The notes under the pieces were generated by a model, which searched no databases, had not been told where the DNA came from, and saw nothing but the letters and a program-made list of their open reading frames with translations. The translations under genes were made by a program, and so were the position numbers. From positions 62,001-126,000 of the forward strand of contig JAXLQJ010000010.1 of the NCBI GenBank assembly GCA_046331705.1: a stretch of 64,000 bases of DNA, given 5' to 3'. Below are positions 60,805-64,000 of the stretch, piece after piece (the first letter of the stretch is position 1; each line of letters opens with the position of its first letter). The stretch is from a bacterium (lineage in GTDB: Bacteria > JADJOY01).

Positions 60805-62622
60805 CTACCCGGGATCGCCCGCAGCCGGGGCGACGCGTCCCGCGTGCGCGCCCTCGCCCCCGTGACCCGGCCGACAATCCGCCTCCTCGGTCACGCTGAG
60901 CCGCGCGCCGACGTGCAGCGTGGCGACGTCGACGTCCGCGGGTGCACACAGCACGCGGCCCGGCCGACCCGTCTCGGGGCCGCGCAGCTGCAAGTCGATC
61001 GCCGCGGTGCGACCCGCGGCGCGCACCACGTGGATGGTCGCGAGCCCTTCCGCTTCGACCAGCTCCTCGTGGCCCAGGACACCGCGCGATACCAGCTCGA
61101 TCTCGCCCGCGGCGACTTCGCGGAAGCGCAGCTCTTCGAGGGCACCTTCGATGGCCTTGCCCAGCATGCGGTGCGGATGGGCGTGGATCGGTGTGGTGGC
61201 GCCCGGCTCACGGCTCAGCGCCACCAGCGCCCACCCGCTCGCGCCCTCCCAGTAGGTGATCCACCGGCAGCCCTCGCCATGCGGCAACGGGCTCTTGCGC
61301 ACCGGCAGCAGCTCGTCGATCGAGGGATGGAGCTGCACCATCACGCGCCGGAGAAATGCGTCGTCGAGCCCGCCGTCGCTCTCCTGCAAGTCGAGCAACC
61401 GTGTGGACTCGGCGAGGGAGAGCGGGGCGCCGGAAAGGAAGCGCTGGCGCAGCTGGCGATTCTGAACGTCGGCGCGGGAGCCGATGCGATAGGCCACGAA
61501 GCTCACCGCGAGCGCGGTTCCGCCGGCGAGCGCTGCCGCAGGGGCGGCACCCCGGCTCGCCGCCGAGATCGTGGCGAGCGTGAGCGCCGCCATCCACACG
61601 GACGCTCCGCCGCCCACGAGCAACGCCCGGGGCGCGGATTGGAGCAGCGCGCCGAGTGCCAGGTGCAGGCCCATGCCGGCGGCGACGGTGGTGAGCAGCG
61701 CATCGACGACGAAGGCGTCGATGGCGAGGATTCGGGCCCAGGTGGGGTCCGCGCCGAGCCACCGATCGCCGGCACCGCGCAGAACGGCGAGCCCGATGTA
61801 GCCGAGGAGAAAGCCCGGTACCGCCTTCGCGACGCTGCTGCGAACGCTGGTCGGCGTGCCCTCTCGCCGAAGCAACGAGAGCGCCACCAGCGTCGGCGCG
61901 AGCATGAGCACGCGCGCGGATTTCGAGGCCGCGGCCATGACGCCGCCATCGCCGCCCATCTGCGCGCCCACGGCGATCGCCGACGACAGATCGTTCACCG
62001 CGAGCCCGCTCCACAATCCCGCGACGCTCGGATCGATGCCGAGCGCTATCGCGACGGGGCGGAACACCAGCAACGCGACGATGCTGAAGAGCGAGATCAC
62101 CGCGATGGCGGTGGCTTGCTCGCCACGATGGGCCTTGCTGATGGGAGCGATCGCGTTCACCGCGGACGCGCCGCAGATCATGGTCCCACCGGCCAGGAGG
62201 TCGACCATCGGGCGCCGGATCCCCACCGCCGCTCCCAGCGCGTGCGCGACGAAGAAGGTGCTGGGAAGGGCGACCGCCGCCACCGCGAGGATCAGCCTCA
62301 GCTCGCCGTGCGCGAACGAACGCGACTGGACCTTGAGGCCCATGAGGATGATCGCCAGCCGCAGCACCCAGGTGCCGGTGAAGCGCAGGCCCGCGGCGTA
62401 GCGGTCGGGGTCCTGGTCGGCGCTCGGCATGGTGAGACCGAGCGCGCCGCGCACGGGTGTGTTGAGGACGACGGCGCCGAGCACGAGCCCGGCGAGCACG
62501 CTCGAGAGAAAGGGCGTCGACGGGAGCGCGTGCGTCGCCGCGATCGCCAGCGCGCCGATCACCGCGGCGAGCGCGACGCCCGGCAGATCGCTAGCGGTCG
62601 GGATCCAAGCGGGACGACGCAC
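60805..62622 (-). CDS. YeiH/putative sulfate exporter family transporter fused to a C-terminal cysteine-dioxygenase-like cupin
   Basis: LRLAIILMG, GTMICGASAV, SKSARVLML (YeiH); EPGATTPIHAH..G.LEE..TIHVV (cupin, 3 His). Confidence 0.85.
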   Translation of the reverse strand: MRRPAWIPTASDLPGVALAAVIGALAIAATHALPSTPFLSSVLAGLVLGAVVLNTPVRGALGLTMPSADQDPDRYAAGLRFTGTWVLRLAIILMGLKVQSRSFAHGELRLILAVAAVALPSTFFVAHALGAAVGIRRPMVDLLAGGTMICGASAVNAIAPISKAHRGEQATAIAVISLFSIVALLVFRPVAIALGIDPSVAGLWSGLAVNDLSSAIAVGAQMGGDGGVMAAASKSARVLMLAPTLVALSLLRREGTPTSVRSSVAKAVPGFLLGYIGLAVLRGAGDRWLGADPTWARILAIDAFVVDALLTTVAAGMGLHLALGALLQSAPRALLVGGGASVWMAALTLATISAASRGAAPAAALAGGTALAVSFVAYRIGSRADVQNRQLRQRFLSGAPLSLAESTRLLDLQESDGGLDDAFLRRVMVQLHPSIDELLPVRKSPLPHGEGCRWITYWEGASGWALVALSREPGATTPIHAHPHRMLGKAIEGALEELRFREVAAGEIELVSRGVLGHEELVEAEGLATIHVVRAAGRTAAIDLQLRGPETGRPGRVLCAPADVDVATLHVGARLSVTEEADCRPGHGGEGAHAGRVAPAAGDPG

Positions 62623-62705
62623 GAGGGGTCGATCTCACCAATCAGCGCAGCCTGGGCGCAGCATTGTACGCCGCCCGGGATCCGTGGCCGCGGCGCGAGC
62701 GAACG

Positions 62706-63560
62706 CTAGAGCTCGATGCGGCGGGTGGACCCGTCCGGAGCGACGACCACCACGCCGGCGTCCAGGAAGTCGGTCACGTAGAACGTGCCGTCGGGCCCCA
62801 CGGCGAAGTTGTCGGGGACCATGGCGCCGAGACGCACCAGCTCGACGAGCGTGCCGGAGGCGAGGTCGACCTTCGCCAGGCGCGCGGGAAACACGGTCTG
62901 CAGCGCCACCAACGTGCCGTCGGGAGTGGTGTGGACCGCCGACGGCAGCACCATCCCGGAGGCCACCCGCTCGACCGCGCCGGTTTCGCGGTGGATGCGG
63001 ATGACGCCGCCCTCGAGGGCGAAGGTCGGTGCGTAGAGGTCGTCCCCGACGCAGGCCATCGAGTTGAGCGCGGGCACGGACGTGGTCAGCCGGCGCGCGG
63101 GCGAGGCGCCGGTGGGATCGATCTCGAACACACCCCCGGATGGAACCTCGCGGTTCGCGAAGATCCGCCCATCGTCGCAGCGAGTGATGCCGTTCGCTTG
63201 CGAGCCGATCTCGTCCAGCACGGTCCGGCCGCTCTTGGGGTCGAACCGCGACACCGTGCCCTTGTTGGGCTCGGTCACCACGAAGCCGCCGCCGTCGAGG
63301 ATCACCAGATCGTCGTTTGCCGCGAGCCCATCCTCGGGGCCGAACCCGCGGGTGATGGCGCCGGACTCGGGATCGACCTGAACGAGCTGAGATCCCTGGA
63401 TCGCGGCGATCCAGAGCCGACCGCGGTCCCACACGATGCCGTTGGTGGATTCGGGAGGTGTCGTGTTCACCGGTCCCGAGCCGTCGGAGCCGCCGCAACC
63501 CGTCATCGCCGTGGCCAACGCCACGATCACGAGCGCCAGCGCGTTCATCGAATGTCGCAT
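62706..63560 (-). CDS. SMP-30/gluconolactonase-like beta-propeller lipoprotein
   Basis: MTGC lipobox; TNGI, ANDDL, ANGI, PDNFAVGPDG.FYVTD blades. Confidence 0.75.
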   Translation of the reverse strand: MRHSMNALALVIVALATAMTGCGGSDGSGPVNTTPPESTNGIVWDRGRLWIAAIQGSQLVQVDPESGAITRGFGPEDGLAANDDLVILDGGGFVVTEPNKGTVSRFDPKSGRTVLDEIGSQANGITRCDDGRIFANREVPSGGVFEIDPTGASPARRLTTSVPALNSMACVGDDLYAPTFALEGGVIRIHRETGAVERVASGMVLPSAVHTTPDGTLVALQTVFPARLAKVDLASGTLVELVRLGAMVPDNFAVGPDGTFYVTDFLDAGVVVVAPDGSTRRIEL

Positions 63561-63681
63561 CGTGTTCCTCCCGCGGATGCCGGCTCGGACGATCGTCGCA
63601 CACTCGGCGTCGGGCGCCGCCACCCAGCCGATCGATCTCGGCGCGGACCCCGTGGAAGGGTCGCGTGCCCCGGAGACACGA

Positions 63682-63707
63682 AGGGCCACCCGAGCTCGGG
63701 TGGCCCT
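63682..63707 (-). terminator. Perfect 26-bp palindrome downstream of groES, probable terminator
   Basis: agggccacccgag-ctcgggtggccct. Confidence 0.65.
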
Positions 63708-63753
63708 CCCGACGAGGGCGCCCGGGGGCGCCGCCGCCAGCAATCGGTGCCGT

Positions 63754-64000
63754 TCAGCCTTCGACGACGCCGAGGACGTCTTCCTCGCGGATGATCAAGA
63801 GCTCCTTGCCCTCGACCTTGATCTCGCTGCCGGCCCACTTGCTGATGATCACGACATCGCCCTTCTTCACGTCGAGGGGGATCACCTTGCCGTCGTCACC
63901 GACCTTGCCCTTGCCCACGGAGATCACCTTCGCCTGCTGCGGCTTCTCCTTGGCGGTGTCGGGAATGATGATCCCGCCCTTCGACTTCGACTCTTCTTCC
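63754..64000 (-). CDS. groES: Co-chaperonin GroES (5'-partial; absent from the ORF track)
   Basis: Manual translation: [31 protein letters not shown]...LDVKKGD...[25 protein letters not shown]. Confidence 0.95.
   Translation of the reverse strand, partial: EEESKSKGGIIIPDTAKEKPQQAKVISVGKGKVGDDGKVIPLDVKKGDVVIISKWAGSEIKVEGKELLIIREEDVLGVVEG

Noticed and set aside
38431-62622. A single sulfur pathway linking the sulfotransferase with the YeiH-cupin fusion
   Set aside because: They are more than 20 kb apart with unrelated genes between, and no shared regulatory motif was seen

Overview
This is a very GC-rich (roughly 70% by eye), densely coding bacterial chromosome segment. Its gene style (Cys-rich TSP3/FG-GAP secreted protein, GTP-type PEPCK, CehA/McbA hydrolase, REC plus Zn-finger regulator) suggests Myxococcota or a related deltaproteobacterial lineage, but that is inference. 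1-36 kb is mostly intact housekeeping and metabolic genes: moaB, Nudix, glycosyltransferases, a histidine kinase, pcrA/uvrD, glmU, bolA-grxD, pckG, mscS-malQ-glgB-P-type ATPase-ThDP enzyme-SDR, a diguanylate cyclase and an M28 peptidase. 37.7-48.6 kb is an uncharacterised divergent cluster around a TetR gene (sulfotransferase, SRPBCC, DUF362, OYE, PHP-fold hydrolase). 49.3-58.6 kb is accessory and full of frameshifts, many in homopolymer or dinucleotide runs and so probably partly sequencing errors; 56.0-60.8 kb holds three related copies or fragments of one secreted-protein gene. The right end holds an AAA-DUF4143 gene with a strong inverted repeat at its start, an unusual fusion of a YeiH (putative sulfate exporter) to a cysteine-dioxygenase-like cupin (the best novelty candidate), and a groES not followed by groEL. 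I found no rRNA, tRNA, CRISPR, integrase, transposase or reverse transcriptase. All product calls come from motif recognition by eye, not database searches.
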